Positions 17,617-26,352 of a DNA stretch of 44,899 nucleotides are shown here, in pieces. This DNA is from Escherichia phage SSL-2009a. The notes beneath the pieces were generated by a model that saw only the letters and a program-made list of their open reading frames with translations, had not been told where the DNA came from and did no database searches. How positions within the stretch are numbered: position 1 is the stretch's first letter; each line of letters opens with the position of its first letter. The position numbers were made by a program, and so were the translations under genes. The stretch lies in sequence record NC_012223.2, one strand, 5' to 3'.

Positions 17617-20600
17617 CGATTATCTACGACGTCACGGGCCATAAAGGCGGCGGCGGCAAACAGCACACCCCACAGGAGACGCCCGATAGCCTGCATTCGC
17701 TGGCTAAAATCCGCATCTTGCTCGCGTTGGGCGAGGGTGAATTCGAAGGCATTACGAGCGCCAGCGAATTGCGGCAGCGTGTATACCTGGACGGAACACC
17801 GATCCAGAACGCAGACCTGTCTGAAAACTTCCCCGGAGCGCGTGTGGAGTTCCGCCCCGGAACACAGCACCAGGATGTGATCCACGGATTTTCAGCGGTG
17901 GAAAGTGAGCAATCCGTTGGGGTAAAACTGGAGAACGGCACGCCGTGGGTGCGCCAGATTAACGACACCAGTTTGGACGCCGTGCGCATTCGCATCGGCA
18001 TTCCGGCCTTGTACACAAACGAAGATAATGGCGACCTGGTGGGTGGGCGCATCGACTATAAGATCGTTGTGTATACGGATAACGCCGACCCGCGTGAGTT
18101 TACCTTCGCTGCCGTTGGTAAAACAATGTCGCTATACGAGCGCGATCACCGCATCGAATTACCGCCGAACGTGAATACCGGCTGGCGCGTGGAGGTGCAC
18201 CGCATAACGGCAGACTCCACATCGGCGAAAGTGGTTAATGATATCCGGGTGCAGTCCATCACTGAGATTATCGACGCCCGCCTGCGTTACCCGCTAACCG
18301 CGCTGTTGTTTGTGGAGTTCGACGCCAAAGCGTTCCAGAACATCCCGCGCGTGTCCATCAAGTGCAAAGGCCGCAAAGTTCTAATACCGAACAACTACGA
18401 CCCGATTAATCATACTTATTCCGGGGACTGGGACGGCACGTTTAAACGCGCATGGACGGATAACCCTGCGTGGCACTGGTACGATATTTGTATTACTGAG
18501 CGCTTCGGCCTCGGTCGGCGTATCAAACCGCAAATGTTAAACCGGTACGCGCTCTACCAGATCGCGCAGCGCTGCGATCAGTTGGTCAGCGACGGCAACG
18601 GTGGTCGAGAAATCCGCTTTAAGAATGATATGTACATTCAGTCACAGACGGATGCCTGGACCGTGCTTAAGGATTTGGCTGCCATCTTCGCCGGAATGAC
18701 CTGGTGGGGCAACCAGATGTTGAATATCGTCAGTGACCAACCGGTCGCAGCAGTGTCGCACACTATCACCAACGCATCTGTTATTGATGGGCGATTCGAC
18801 TACGCATCTGGCAGCCAGAAAACTCGCTATTCCACATTCGCGGTAGCATACGGCAATCCGAAAAACCACTACGATGACGCCATCGCAACGGGCCAACGTG
18901 TTGAACTGGTACGCCGCCATAAGATTAACCGTCTTGATATTACGGCGATCGGCTGTACGCGCGAATCCGAAGCGCAACGCCGCGGGCATTGGGCGCTAAT
19001 ATCCAACCAGCTTGACCAGCAAGTTAGTTTTAAGGTGGGCATGGAAGGGTTATTCTTTATTCCTGGTAGCGTAGTCGCGATCGCGGATACAAACATTTCT
19101 GGCGGATTCGAGACTCGCGGCGGTCGCCTGTTGTCGGACCCAGGAACGCGTACCGTGCTGAACACGGACAGCGAAATCACATTCCGCCCTGGTGATAAGT
19201 TCTTGGTGCGCACCGATAGCGGAAATGTGGAGACTCGCGAGATCGCCAGCGTCAACGGCAACAAGGTCACGCTAAAAACCGCACTGGATGCCGACCCGAT
19301 TCCAGACCAACCGTTTTGCGTTGACGGCGATGATATCCAGTTGCAGAAATTCCGCATCACCGATCTGGAATATGACGACTCTACCAGCACTTTCTCGGTG
19401 CGCGGGATTGAATACAACGATAGCAAGTATGATGCCGTTGATAATGGCGCACGACTAGACCCAGGCATCTTTACGCAAGTGCCAGACGGTGTAATGAAGG
19501 GGCCGGAATCCGTTACCATCACCCCGTCGCAGATCTCATCGCAAGGCCAGCTAATCACCAACGTGGATATTGTTTTCCCGCCGGTGAAAGATGCCGTGGT
19601 GTATGAAATCCAGTGGAGGCGTACTAGCCTGCAGAATATGGAGATCCAGTGGGGTAACGACTGGGTGAATATCCCTCGCACGGCGTCGAATGGGGCGCAC
19701 ATCCCTAACGTGTTCTCCGGTAACTATCAGGCACGCGTCCGCGCAATTGGTATGGGCGAAATCTCGTCCCCGTGGGTGTCTTCCGCGATCACGCCGGTGG
19801 AAGGTCGCCTCGGTGGGCTTAACGCCCCAATCATCACCAACGCGATTTCGGGTCTGCACCAGATTCTATGGAAGTGGAACCACAACAACGCTGCGACTGA
19901 TATATCATACACCGAGCTTGAAGTGCGCAAGACGGGTGAAACGGAATGGAAATTCTTAACAAACGTCCCCTATCCTGGCGCGGAGTACGCGCAAACGTCG
20001 CTGGAGTTCGGCATATACCAGCAGTTGCGCGCCCGTGTAGCGGATAAAATCGGCAACCTGTCGGACTGGTCCGCCCCGTTCGAAGGCCAGGTGAGTGACA
20101 AAGTTGACGAGTACATGAAGGGGCTTGATGACGAGTTCTTGACTTCTGAGGATGGTAAACACTTCCAGGAAGCTATTAACACGATCCCGCAAGGCATTTA
20201 CGAATCAATGCTCACGGACGCCCAGCAGATGTTCAACGCCCGCGCCGAGTACAAAGGGATTTACGCAGAAATCAAGGTCGCATATAACGTGGCGGCAGAC
20301 GCCCACAAGGCAGTCGCGCAACTGGAAACGTTGATCGGCACTCGCCTTGACGATGCGGAAGCGGCAATCCACACGTTGCAGACAGCGCAAAGCACGCACG
20401 AGCAAGCATTCGCCCAGTATCAGCAAACTGTTGCCGCTAAGTTCGGGGAACAGGAAGCCGCCATCCAGCAGGTACAAACGGCAACGGCGGACGTGGCTGG
20501 CGCACTGGCGGAGTACAAGACCCAAGTGGCGGCACAGTTCGGGCAGCAGTCCGCCGCTATCGAGCAGAAGATGACGTCCACGTTTAACCATGCCGGTGGT

Positions 20601-21032
20601 AACGCCACATACAGCCTTAAGGCGGGCGTGACGTATAACGGGACTTACTATGATGCCGGTATGCAGCTTTCCGTCGTGGCGGAAGGCGGCGCGGTTAAAT
20701 CCCGTATAGCGTTCAAAGCGGACCAGTTCTATATCATGCACCCGTCTAACGGCACGCTGTCGTCTGCGTTTATCGTCGACGGTGGGGCGGTGTATATCGA
20801 CACAGCGCGCATCAAGGACGCGACTATTAACTTCGCGCAGATCACGGACACGCTGCAATCGAATAACTATGACGGCAACACGCGTGGTTGGCGCTTAGGG
20901 AAAGAGGGGACGTTTATCAACCTGGGAACCGGTAACGGCGGCGGGATGAAACAGACGAACACGCAAATCAGCGTTAGGGACGGAAACGGCGTGCTCCGCG
21001 TGCAGCTTGGAGAACTCACAGGTAGTTGGTAG
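17613..21032 (+). CDS. central tail fiber / host specificity protein (lambda gpJ-like)
   Basis: 1139 aa, ATGA overlap with upstream gene; size and position typical for J. Confidence 0.8.
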   Translation: MTIIYDVTGHKGGGGKQHTPQETPDSLHSLAKIRILLALGEGEFEGITSASELRQRVYLDGTPIQNADLSENFPGARVEFRPGTQHQDVIHGFSAVESEQSVGVKLENGTPWVRQINDTSLDAVRIRIGIPALYTNEDNGDLVGGRIDYKIVVYTDNADPREFTFAAVGKTMSLYERDHRIELPPNVNTGWRVEVHRITADSTSAKVVNDIRVQSITEIIDARLRYPLTALLFVEFDAKAFQNIPRVSIKCKGRKVLIPNNYDPINHTYSGDWDGTFKRAWTDNPAWHWYDICITERFGLGRRIKPQMLNRYALYQIAQRCDQLVSDGNGGREIRFKNDMYIQSQTDAWTVLKDLAAIFAGMTWWGNQMLNIVSDQPVAAVSHTITNASVIDGRFDYASGSQKTRYSTFAVAYGNPKNHYDDAIATGQRVELVRRHKINRLDITAIGCTRESEAQRRGHWALISNQLDQQVSFKVGMEGLFFIPGSVVAIADTNISGGFETRGGRLLSDPGTRTVLNTDSEITFRPGDKFLVRTDSGNVETREIASVNGNKVTLKTALDADPIPDQPFCVDGDDIQLQKFRITDLEYDDSTSTFSVRGIEYNDSKYDAVDNGARLDPGIFTQVPDGVMKGPESVTITPSQISSQGQLITNVDIVFPPVKDAVVYEIQWRRTSLQNMEIQWGNDWVNIPRTASNGAHIPNVFSGNYQARVRAIGMGEISSPWVSSAITPVEGRLGGLNAPIITNAISGLHQILWKWNHNNAATDISYTELEVRKTGETEWKFLTNVPYPGAEYAQTSLEFGIYQQLRARVADKIGNLSDWSAPFEGQVSDKVDEYMKGLDDEFLTSEDGKHFQEAINTIPQGIYESMLTDAQQMFNARAEYKGIYAEIKVAYNVAADAHKAVAQLETLIGTRLDDAEAAIHTLQTAQSTHEQAFAQYQQTVAAKFGEQEAAIQQVQTATADVAGALAEYKTQVAAQFGQQSAAIEQKMTSTFNHAGGNATYSLKAGVTYNGTYYDAGMQLSVVAEGGAVKSRIAFKADQFYIMHPSNGTLSSAFIVDGGAVYIDTARIKDATINFAQITDTLQSNNYDGNTRGWRLGKEGTFINLGTGNGGGMKQTNTQISVRDGNGVLRVQLGELTGSW

Positions 21033-21036
21033 CATA

Positions 21037-21058
21037 GGGGCTTCGGCCCCATTCTTTT
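21037..21058 (+). terminator. rho-independent terminator after J-like gene
   Basis: GGGGC-ttcg-GCCCC followed by ATTCTTTT. Confidence 0.6.
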
Positions 21059-21069
21059 GGAGGTATAGC

Positions 21070-21372
21070 ATGGCTTTCGGTGTCGCAACATGGGACGCGC
21101 AAGGGCGACCAAACAACTACGGGATCAAGCCCGTTTCGGTTGTAGGAATTATTAAACTGGCACAAGGTCAAACATCGGGGGCGTGGGCGTTCGATATTCC
21201 TTCAGGTATGAAAGTAGGTTTTGCGGTTACGCTGGACGTAGGCGGCACTACGGTCGGTCGGGCGATCCGTGCCAGCGGGAACACGATAACAGTATCTGCG
21301 GCAAACAGCGTCGGTATTGGAAACTACCCGGCGTCAGAATGTGAAGTAGTAGTTTTTGTGGAGAAAGCGTAA
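21070..21372 (+). CDS. hypothetical tail-associated protein
   Basis: 100 aa from ATG 21070 (SD GGAGG 6 nt upstream); located between J and tail fiber genes. Confidence 0.45.
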   Translation: MAFGVATWDAQGRPNNYGIKPVSVVGIIKLAQGQTSGAWAFDIPSGMKVGFAVTLDVGGTTVGRAIRASGNTITVSAANSVGIGNYPASECEVVVFVEKA

Positions 21373-21374
21373 AA

Positions 21375-22046
21375 ATGGCAAACTTCGGCGCGTTAATCGA
21401 TAACAACAACGGCAACCCATTCGTAACGCCAAACTCAACGCCGTTCGTCCTCTACGCTAAGGTGTCGGCAAATTCAGTGGACGCCGGTGCTGATTATAAA
21501 ACAGCAAGCGGGGGCGTGGATATTCCAGCGAACTATCCGGCGATGGTGTTTATGCGGTCAAATAACCGTTGCGTCCTGGCGGCGTCACGATCAGGTAACC
21601 GGATTATATTTAGCGGAAGCATTCAGGGGCAGAATAACCCACATTTTACCGTCACGGCGTACATATTCGCGCGATTCCCGCAACCGCTGCCGAGATGGGG
21701 GTTTGCTATTTGGGACGCCAGCGGGACTTGCATACTAACCAACGAGAGCAAGGTACTCACCGATTTAGTCACGGTTGGCAGCTTTGGCAATAACGGCGGC
21801 ATCAACATAGACCAGACGCTGCCGGGTAAGTACGCGGTATCACCTATGTTAATGGGCGCTACTCTGATCCAGATCTTTGTACAGGGGCAGCCGCTGATTA
21901 TCCAGATCACGGCGGGGGCAGGGGCTTACGACAACGGAAGCGGAACACGGATTAACGCCGTGGCAACACAAGCGGGGTCTGGTAGCGTCGCGGGGTATCA
22001 AAACACTGGGGTTGCTTTGACAGCGATTAACGTGGATGGAATATGA
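21375..22046 (+). CDS. hypothetical tail-associated protein
   Basis: 223 aa ORF, start 3 nt after previous stop; Gly/Asn-rich; between J and tail fiber. Confidence 0.5.
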   Translation: MANFGALIDNNNGNPFVTPNSTPFVLYAKVSANSVDAGADYKTASGGVDIPANYPAMVFMRSNNRCVLAASRSGNRIIFSGSIQGQNNPHFTVTAYIFARFPQPLPRWGFAIWDASGTCILTNESKVLTDLVTVGSFGNNGGINIDQTLPGKYAVSPMLMGATLIQIFVQGQPLIIQITAGAGAYDNGSGTRINAVATQAGSGSVAGYQNTGVALTAINVDGI

Positions 22047-22047
22047 A

Positions 22048-22063
22048 AGCCCCTTCCGGGGCT
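22048..22063. terminator. hairpin between convergent genes (AGCCCC-ttcc-GGGGCT)
   Basis: Perfect 6-bp stem between the end of 21375-22046 (+) and the stop of the lipoprotein gene (-); T-runs are weak on both sides. Confidence 0.4.
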
Positions 22064-22281
22064 TATTCGCAGGTGGTGCTTTTGAAGTGGTCGACCGACA
22101 CATACTGGAAGTTGAACGGGTAGCCCGCCCGCAACATTTTATGCCCGCTAAAATCGGCAACACCGAACACCGGGACCGAGTATTCCATGCCGCTATTAAC
22201 ATATGTCGCGTCGCAGACTTTAGTCGGCATGTTGGCACAACCCGACAAAAGAACCGCACAAATCATAATTAAAGTTTTCAT
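22063..22281 (-). CDS. lipoprotein, candidate receptor-blocking superinfection-exclusion protein (Cor/Llp-like by context)
   Basis: 72 aa from ATG 22281 (SD AGGGGA); signal peptide with lipobox LLSGC; antisense gene directly upstream of the tail fiber gene. Confidence 0.55.
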   Translation of the reverse strand: MKTLIMICAVLLSGCANMPTKVCDATYVNSGMEYSVPVFGVADFSGHKMLRAGYPFNFQYVSVDHFKSTTCE

Positions 22282-22312
22282 GGTATCATCCCCTATATTT
22301 GGTTGAGTTTTA

Positions 22313-22345
22313 GTATTACACCGCTCGACCAGGATTGCAACCAAT
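22313..22345 (-). promoter_or_regulatory. candidate sigma70-type promoter for the lipoprotein gene (extended -35 ATTGGTTGCAAT, -10 TAATAC)
   Basis: On the minus strand: ATTGG-TTGCAA, 16 nt spacer, TAATAC; TTGCAA at 22335-22340, -10 at 22313-22318. Confidence 0.45.
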
Positions 22346-22361
22346 TTATGAGGATTCAGCT

Positions 22362-23978
22362 ATGGCAGCGGGTACACTATCCGTAACGAATAACAGCAAG
22401 GCGGTTGTCGGGGTAGGCACGACGTTTACCGCGTTTAAAGCTGGCGACTTCTTAACGCTGGTGGTAGGACAAGTCCCCTACACCGTGGCAATCGCGTCCA
22501 TTGAAAGCGCAACCGCGCTCACGCTGGTGTTACCGTTCGACGGACCCACGGCCACCGGCCTTGCCTGGGATGGCGTTGCGCGCGATACCATGTCACTGGC
22601 GACGATGGGCGTAACAGTCCAGGCACAGAAAGCATTGCGCTTGATGATTGCGGATGAAAACAACTGGCGTGCAATCTTCGGCGACGCTGAAGAGATCACC
22701 GTTACGCTGCCCAACGGGCAAGTTATGCAGGGTATGTCATGGGGCTACCTGTCGCAATTGATGAAGCAGATCGACCCCGTTGAAATGCGCAACCTACAAC
22801 AACAAGCCGCCGCGTCTGAAGCAGCAGCGCAAGGATTTCGCAATGAGGCCGAAGGCTTCAAGAACGATGCCAATACCATCAAGACGCAGACCAACCAAAT
22901 CAAGGCCGATACGCAGGCGGTCCACGACGCCACCAACACCATCAAGACGCAGACGAATCAGATTAAGGCCGATACGCAAGCCATCAAGGACCAGACGAAC
23001 CAGATCAAGACGGATACCGGCATTATTCGGGACCAAGCCAATACGGCGAAGACTGACGCGCAAGCCGCCAGAGATGCCGCGAAAGGGTATCGGGATGAAG
23101 CCGAAGACTTCAAAAACGCGGTCAACCCTACGCAATTCATGAAGACGTCTCAGAACCTGGCAGACGTAGCAAATCAATCAGCGGCACGCTCTAATCTTGG
23201 TCTTGGGTCGGTAGCTACGGAGAACACCGTTCCGATCGAGAAAGGAGGAACCGCCGCGACAACGGCAGCGGCGGCACGCTCTAATTTCGGGTTGGGCGAA
23301 AACAATAACGTAAAACTTGGTACGTTGCGCCTAAACGGTGGTGAATCGCTAGTCTTCAATGATGTCGAAAGAAACGGCTTAGCACTATCAAACGTCTCAT
23401 ATGGGATAGATAGTTGGGTAGGCTTCACCATGCACAAATGGTACGCCGACTGGACCCGCGCAGGAATTGTGCGTGCGGGGGACACCCACCTGTCAGACTA
23501 CCGCGTCCACGTGTGGAAAGATGGTATGACTGAATCGCTATTCCGCTTCCTACCGGACGGCAGGCTTATTAGTGGTAACAGCGGCAACCCGTCGGTTAAC
23601 GAGTTCCAGAAAGCGGCGCTATCGGACCGCGACCTTAAAAAAGAAATCAAATACACGGACGGCGAGGAAAGCTACAACCGCGTTCGCCAGTGGCTTCCGG
23701 CGATGTTCAAGTATAAGGAGTCGGACGTACAGCGATACGGCCTTATCGCGCAGGATCTGGCAAGGATTGACCCGGAATACGTGCATTTGCTGCCGGGTTA
23801 CGCCATTTATGAGGACGTCAAGGGGGTCGACGAGGAAGGGAATGAGGTTGTAGTCGACCGCAAGGAGATCGGGTATACCGACGATGTGCTGTCTTTGGAT
23901 AGTAACGTGCTGTTGATGGACCTGTGTGCCGCCTTCGTCCACCTGTTGCATAAAGTGGAGAAGCTGGAAGGTAAATAA
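22362..23978 (+). CDS. tail fiber protein with internal 21-residue repeats and C-terminal chaperone-like domain
   Basis: 538 aa from ATG 22362 (SD GAGGA); tandem TIKTQTNQIKADTQA repeats; C-terminal region (DRDLKKEIKYTDGEESY...GLIAQDLARIDPEYV) resembles the intramolecular chaperone of S74-type fibers (by recollection). Confidence 0.7.
   Translation: MAAGTLSVTNNSKAVVGVGTTFTAFKAGDFLTLVVGQVPYTVAIASIESATALTLVLPFDGPTATGLAWDGVARDTMSLATMGVTVQAQKALRLMIADENNWRAIFGDAEEITVTLPNGQVMQGMSWGYLSQLMKQIDPVEMRNLQQQAAASEAAAQGFRNEAEGFKNDANTIKTQTNQIKADTQAVHDATNTIKTQTNQIKADTQAIKDQTNQIKTDTGIIRDQANTAKTDAQAARDAAKGYRDEAEDFKNAVNPTQFMKTSQNLADVANQSAARSNLGLGSVATENTVPIEKGGTAATTAAAARSNFGLGENNNVKLGTLRLNGGESLVFNDVERNGLALSNVSYGIDSWVGFTMHKWYADWTRAGIVRAGDTHLSDYRVHVWKDGMTESLFRFLPDGRLISGNSGNPSVNEFQKAALSDRDLKKEIKYTDGEESYNRVRQWLPAMFKYKESDVQRYGLIAQDLARIDPEYVHLLPGYAIYEDVKGVDEEGNEVVVDRKEIGYTDDVLSLDSNVLLMDLCAAFVHLLHKVEKLEGK
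22836..23120 (+). repeat. tandem 63-bp coding repeats within the tail fiber gene
   Basis: accatcaagacgcagac...aaggccgatacgca repeated at 22875 and 22938 with a third degenerate copy; flanked by repeated FKN(D/A) segments. Confidence 0.6.
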
Positions 23979-23984
23979 GGAGAA

Positions 23985-24008
23985 GGGGCCGTGCGGCCCC
24001 TTTTTTAG
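23985..24008 (+). terminator. rho-independent terminator after tail fiber gene
   Basis: GGGGCC-gtgc-GGCCCC followed by TTTTTT; marks the convergent junction with the minus-strand operon. Confidence 0.7.
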
Positions 24009-24580
24009 TTTGAGTTTTCCCAGTCCATTTTGCGCCGCACCAGCGGGCTTTCGTAGTATTCTTTACCGTCCACTTCCACTAAAGGCCAATCGTTAACAAT
24101 CACGTATGGCTCCGCGACATCTTCAATCACGCCGCGCGCGCTATGTTGTCCGAACGATACGCCCACCAGGATAACACCGGCAACGCGACGGGTAAGGTAT
24201 TCGCGAGCGCAACGTGCCTCAACCAGTCCGCGACGGATGCCGCTGGTAGCTTTGACTTCGTAGGTCCAGACGGCATCAATCATATGTTCGCGGAAGTCGG
24301 GACCGGATTTTACCTTGCGCTTGCCAACCATGATAATATCGCCGCGGTCGATAGTGTTAGCGCTAAACAGGCCGGTACGCATTAGCAAACCTTGCGGGAT
24401 ACAGCTACGCCCGCCCGCCTGCCCTTCGAGGTACATGCCTGCAAACATTTCGCCCAGCACACCGACGAGTCTGCTTTGCTTGCACGCGTCAGACTTGTAT
24501 CGCCACTGTTCAAACTCGATGCTTGCAATCATCGCCGCCAGGTGGAATTGTTTACCGGTTATTTCATATTCGCCGTACAT
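24005..24580 (-). CDS. hypothetical protein, possible PD-(D/E)xK-type nuclease
   Basis: 191 aa, SD GAGGGA; D...EVK arrangement (GDIIMVG ... TYEVKA) weakly suggestive of a restriction-endonuclease-like fold; last gene of the leftward operon. Confidence 0.45.
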   Translation of the reverse strand: MYGEYEITGKQFHLAAMIASIEFEQWRYKSDACKQSRLVGVLGEMFAGMYLEGQAGGRSCIPQGLLMRTGLFSANTIDRGDIIMVGKRKVKSGPDFREHMIDAVWTYEVKATSGIRRGLVEARCAREYLTRRVAGVILVGVSFGQHSARGVIEDVAEPYVIVNDWPLVEVDGKEYYESPLVRRKMDWENSN

Positions 24581-24621
24581 TGTGAATCCCTCATTGATGC
24601 GGGCCGAAGCCCGCGATTAAA

Positions 24622-25173
24622 TTATTTAAGTGCGCCAGTCACCAGTGTTTTTTCCATGTTACGGAAATCTTCCTGCGTCATGCAGATTTTCGATCCGTCT
24701 TCGCCGGTGAGCACGACCATAGGCTGGACGTCCTGGGCTACAACTCCAAAATTGGCGGCTGTAACCGTTTTACCGGGGGTAAATGCGCCGCCTGTTTTGA
24801 CGGGCCAACCTTTGAGGCTGTCGAATTGTGCTGCCGTTGTATCGATCTGAATCTCGTCATGTACGGTCATGTAAGACTCGCCCAGCAGGGCGGCATACGC
24901 CACCAGATCCACGATGTTATCTTCCTGGTGCTTACGGTGCTGGCGCACCAGCTTCAGGCAGATCAGGAAGGTCCAGGCTTCTTGCTCTGTAAGGTCGCGA
25001 CCGGTAAGCGCGTTAAACACGGCTGCGATTTGTTTAGCGCTGCGTTCTTCTTTCGCGTTGTCATAGCCGTTTTCTTTCCCGCGCTGTTCCATAGTGGTGG
25101 CGGCGTTTTTGCAGTATTCGTATGCTTTCACAGTATTACCCTTTTTATTGAGGGGCTGTATTGCCCCCGACAC
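24622..25173 (-). CDS. hypothetical protein (start uncertain: GTG 25173 or ATG 25092)
   Basis: 183 aa ORF; upstream palindrome and TATAGT lie immediately 5' of the GTG; no motif recognised. Confidence 0.45.
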   Translation of the reverse strand: MSGAIQPLNKKGNTVKAYEYCKNAATTMEQRGKENGYDNAKEERSAKQIAAVFNALTGRDLTEQEAWTFLICLKLVRQHRKHQEDNIVDLVAYAALLGESYMTVHDEIQIDTTAAQFDSLKGWPVKTGGAFTPGKTVTAANFGVVAQDVQPMVVLTGEDGSKICMTQEDFRNMEKTLVTGALK

Positions 25174-25184
25174 GTTTACTATAG

Positions 25185-25206
25185 TGCAACCAACCTATTG
25201 GTTGCA
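25185..25206. promoter_or_regulatory. 22-bp perfect palindrome TGCAACCAA-ccta-TTGGTTGCA (operator-like)
   Basis: Seen directly; overlaps the stop codon of the HAD gene and lies just 5' of gene 24622-25173; TATAGT follows on the minus strand. Confidence 0.55.
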
Positions 25207-25665
25207 AGTGAATTTCGCAACATTTATCGCGTAAATTTTAGGGACCAAATCACCACACGCCCGACGAATTGCCGCGATGTTTTTCTCGCAATCTTCAATG
25301 ATTACCAGTTCCGACACGTCCGCATAGCAGACCATTTTGAACACGGCGCACGCCTTAAACTCTGGCGGCGGGGTGTCGTCCAGCATGTGGCGCATGAATA
25401 ACCGGCCTACCGGGAAGACCTCCAGTTGTTTGGCGGTGGTGTCCCAACATTCTCGCTGCCGGTTGGTCAGATACGCGATCTCGAAACCTTGCTCTTTATA
25501 CATGCGCAGTAGCGGCAGCATATCCATGTTCAGGTCTTCGCGGACGTGCGCCTTGTGCCACTTTGCCCAAAAGGTGGATTTCGTTTTTATCCCCGGCACC
25601 AGGTCGGCGCGCGCATCACTTGAACCGTTAATAACGCCATCCAAATCACAAATCAGTAATTTCAT
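25195..25665 (-). CDS. HAD-superfamily phosphatase (putative nucleotidase)
   Basis: 156 aa; N-terminal LICDLDGV (HAD motif I DxDG); later Lys and acidic motifs compatible with the HAD fold. Confidence 0.6.
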   Translation of the reverse strand: MKLLICDLDGVINGSSDARADLVPGIKTKSTFWAKWHKAHVREDLNMDMLPLLRMYKEQGFEIAYLTNRQRECWDTTAKQLEVFPVGRLFMRHMLDDTPPPEFKACAVFKMVCYADVSELVIIEDCEKNIAAIRRACGDLVPKIYAINVAKFTCNQ

Positions 25666-25886
25666 TTTAAGCTCTCAATAAGGGTGTATCGGGCGCTGCG
25701 CGCGGTGTAAGAGTTGCACACGAAATGACAACGTCGGGTAATGACAAGCCACCCGGTAAGGTCCATACCCAGGAGGTGTTCAGGCCGTGACACGCGACGC
25801 ACACGATCGCGGCGCGGGTCAATGTTATAGTCTTTTTGCATTTGGTCTACGACCGCGTGGTCGCGGTCAACGATTAAGATATTCAT
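25662..25886 (-). CDS. hypothetical small protein
   Basis: 74 aa from ATG 25886 (ORF extends to GTG 25895); overlaps the 3' end of the Dam-like gene by about 20 nt and the HAD start (ATGA). Confidence 0.35.
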   Translation of the reverse strand: MNILIVDRDHAVVDQMQKDYNIDPRRDRVRRVSRPEHLLGMDLTGWLVITRRCHFVCNSYTARSARYTLIESLK

Positions 25887-26352
25887 GTAGCTCACTCTCG
25901 CTCATTATTTCAATCTGTGCGCTGCCGGTGGGCGGCGCTTCGTCAAAGATTATCAATTGCTGGCACTTGTTATTGCTCGGACCGACTTCACCGGTGACTG
26001 CATGTATGAATCGGATCCGCCAGTCCAGAAGAATTATCAGGTTTGCAGTCTTCCGGGCCAGCTTTGCCCACTTCGTCGACGTGTCCTGATTCAGCAGCAT
26101 GACGGTCCGGCGTCCGTGCGCTGCGCACTTAACCCACGGCAGCGGATCGGAATACGGCGGGTTGCACCACTTCCACCCTTTCAACTCTGACCAGTCCGCA
26201 TCGAGCGCGCTGTGCTCTGCCGTGAAGTAACGCGGTAGCAGGTGGTTGGCATCGCTCGCCGCCATGTCATAACGGAATCGGTACTTCCGACGAAGCGGTT
26301 TAAATAAAGCTGGCGGAGTGCGCCAGCCATCTTTTTGCTCACTCTTCTGCAT
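25867..26352 (-). CDS. DNA N6-adenine methyltransferase (phage Dam-like)
   Basis: 161 aa; N-terminal DGWRTPP and catalytic NPPY motif (WCNPPYSD). Confidence 0.75.
   Translation of the reverse strand: MQKSEQKDGWRTPPALFKPLRRKYRFRYDMAASDANHLLPRYFTAEHSALDADWSELKGWKWCNPPYSDPLPWVKCAAHGRRTVMLLNQDTSTKWAKLARKTANLIILLDWRIRFIHAVTGEVGPSNNKCQQLIIFDEAPPTGSAQIEIMSESELHEYLNR

Noticed and set aside
12213-21032. Numerous long antisense and alternate-frame ORFs inside the tape measure and J-like genes (for example 13270-13797, 14368-14889, 18869-19702, 20205-20858)
   Set aside because: Shadow ORFs typical of GC-rich coding sequence; they overlap well-supported long genes and lack start signals.
22780-23177. 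Alternate-frame ORFs inside the tail fiber repeat region encoding Arg/Pro-rich repeats
   Set aside because: Produced by the tandem 63-bp repeat read in the wrong frame; the fiber frame is continuous and has the SD and start.
24599-24614. GC hairpin GCGGGC-cgaa-GCCCGC between genes 24622-25173 and 24005-24580 as a terminator
   Set aside because: No U-run follows on the transcribed minus strand, so it is not called as an intrinsic terminator; it may be an RNA stability or processing element.
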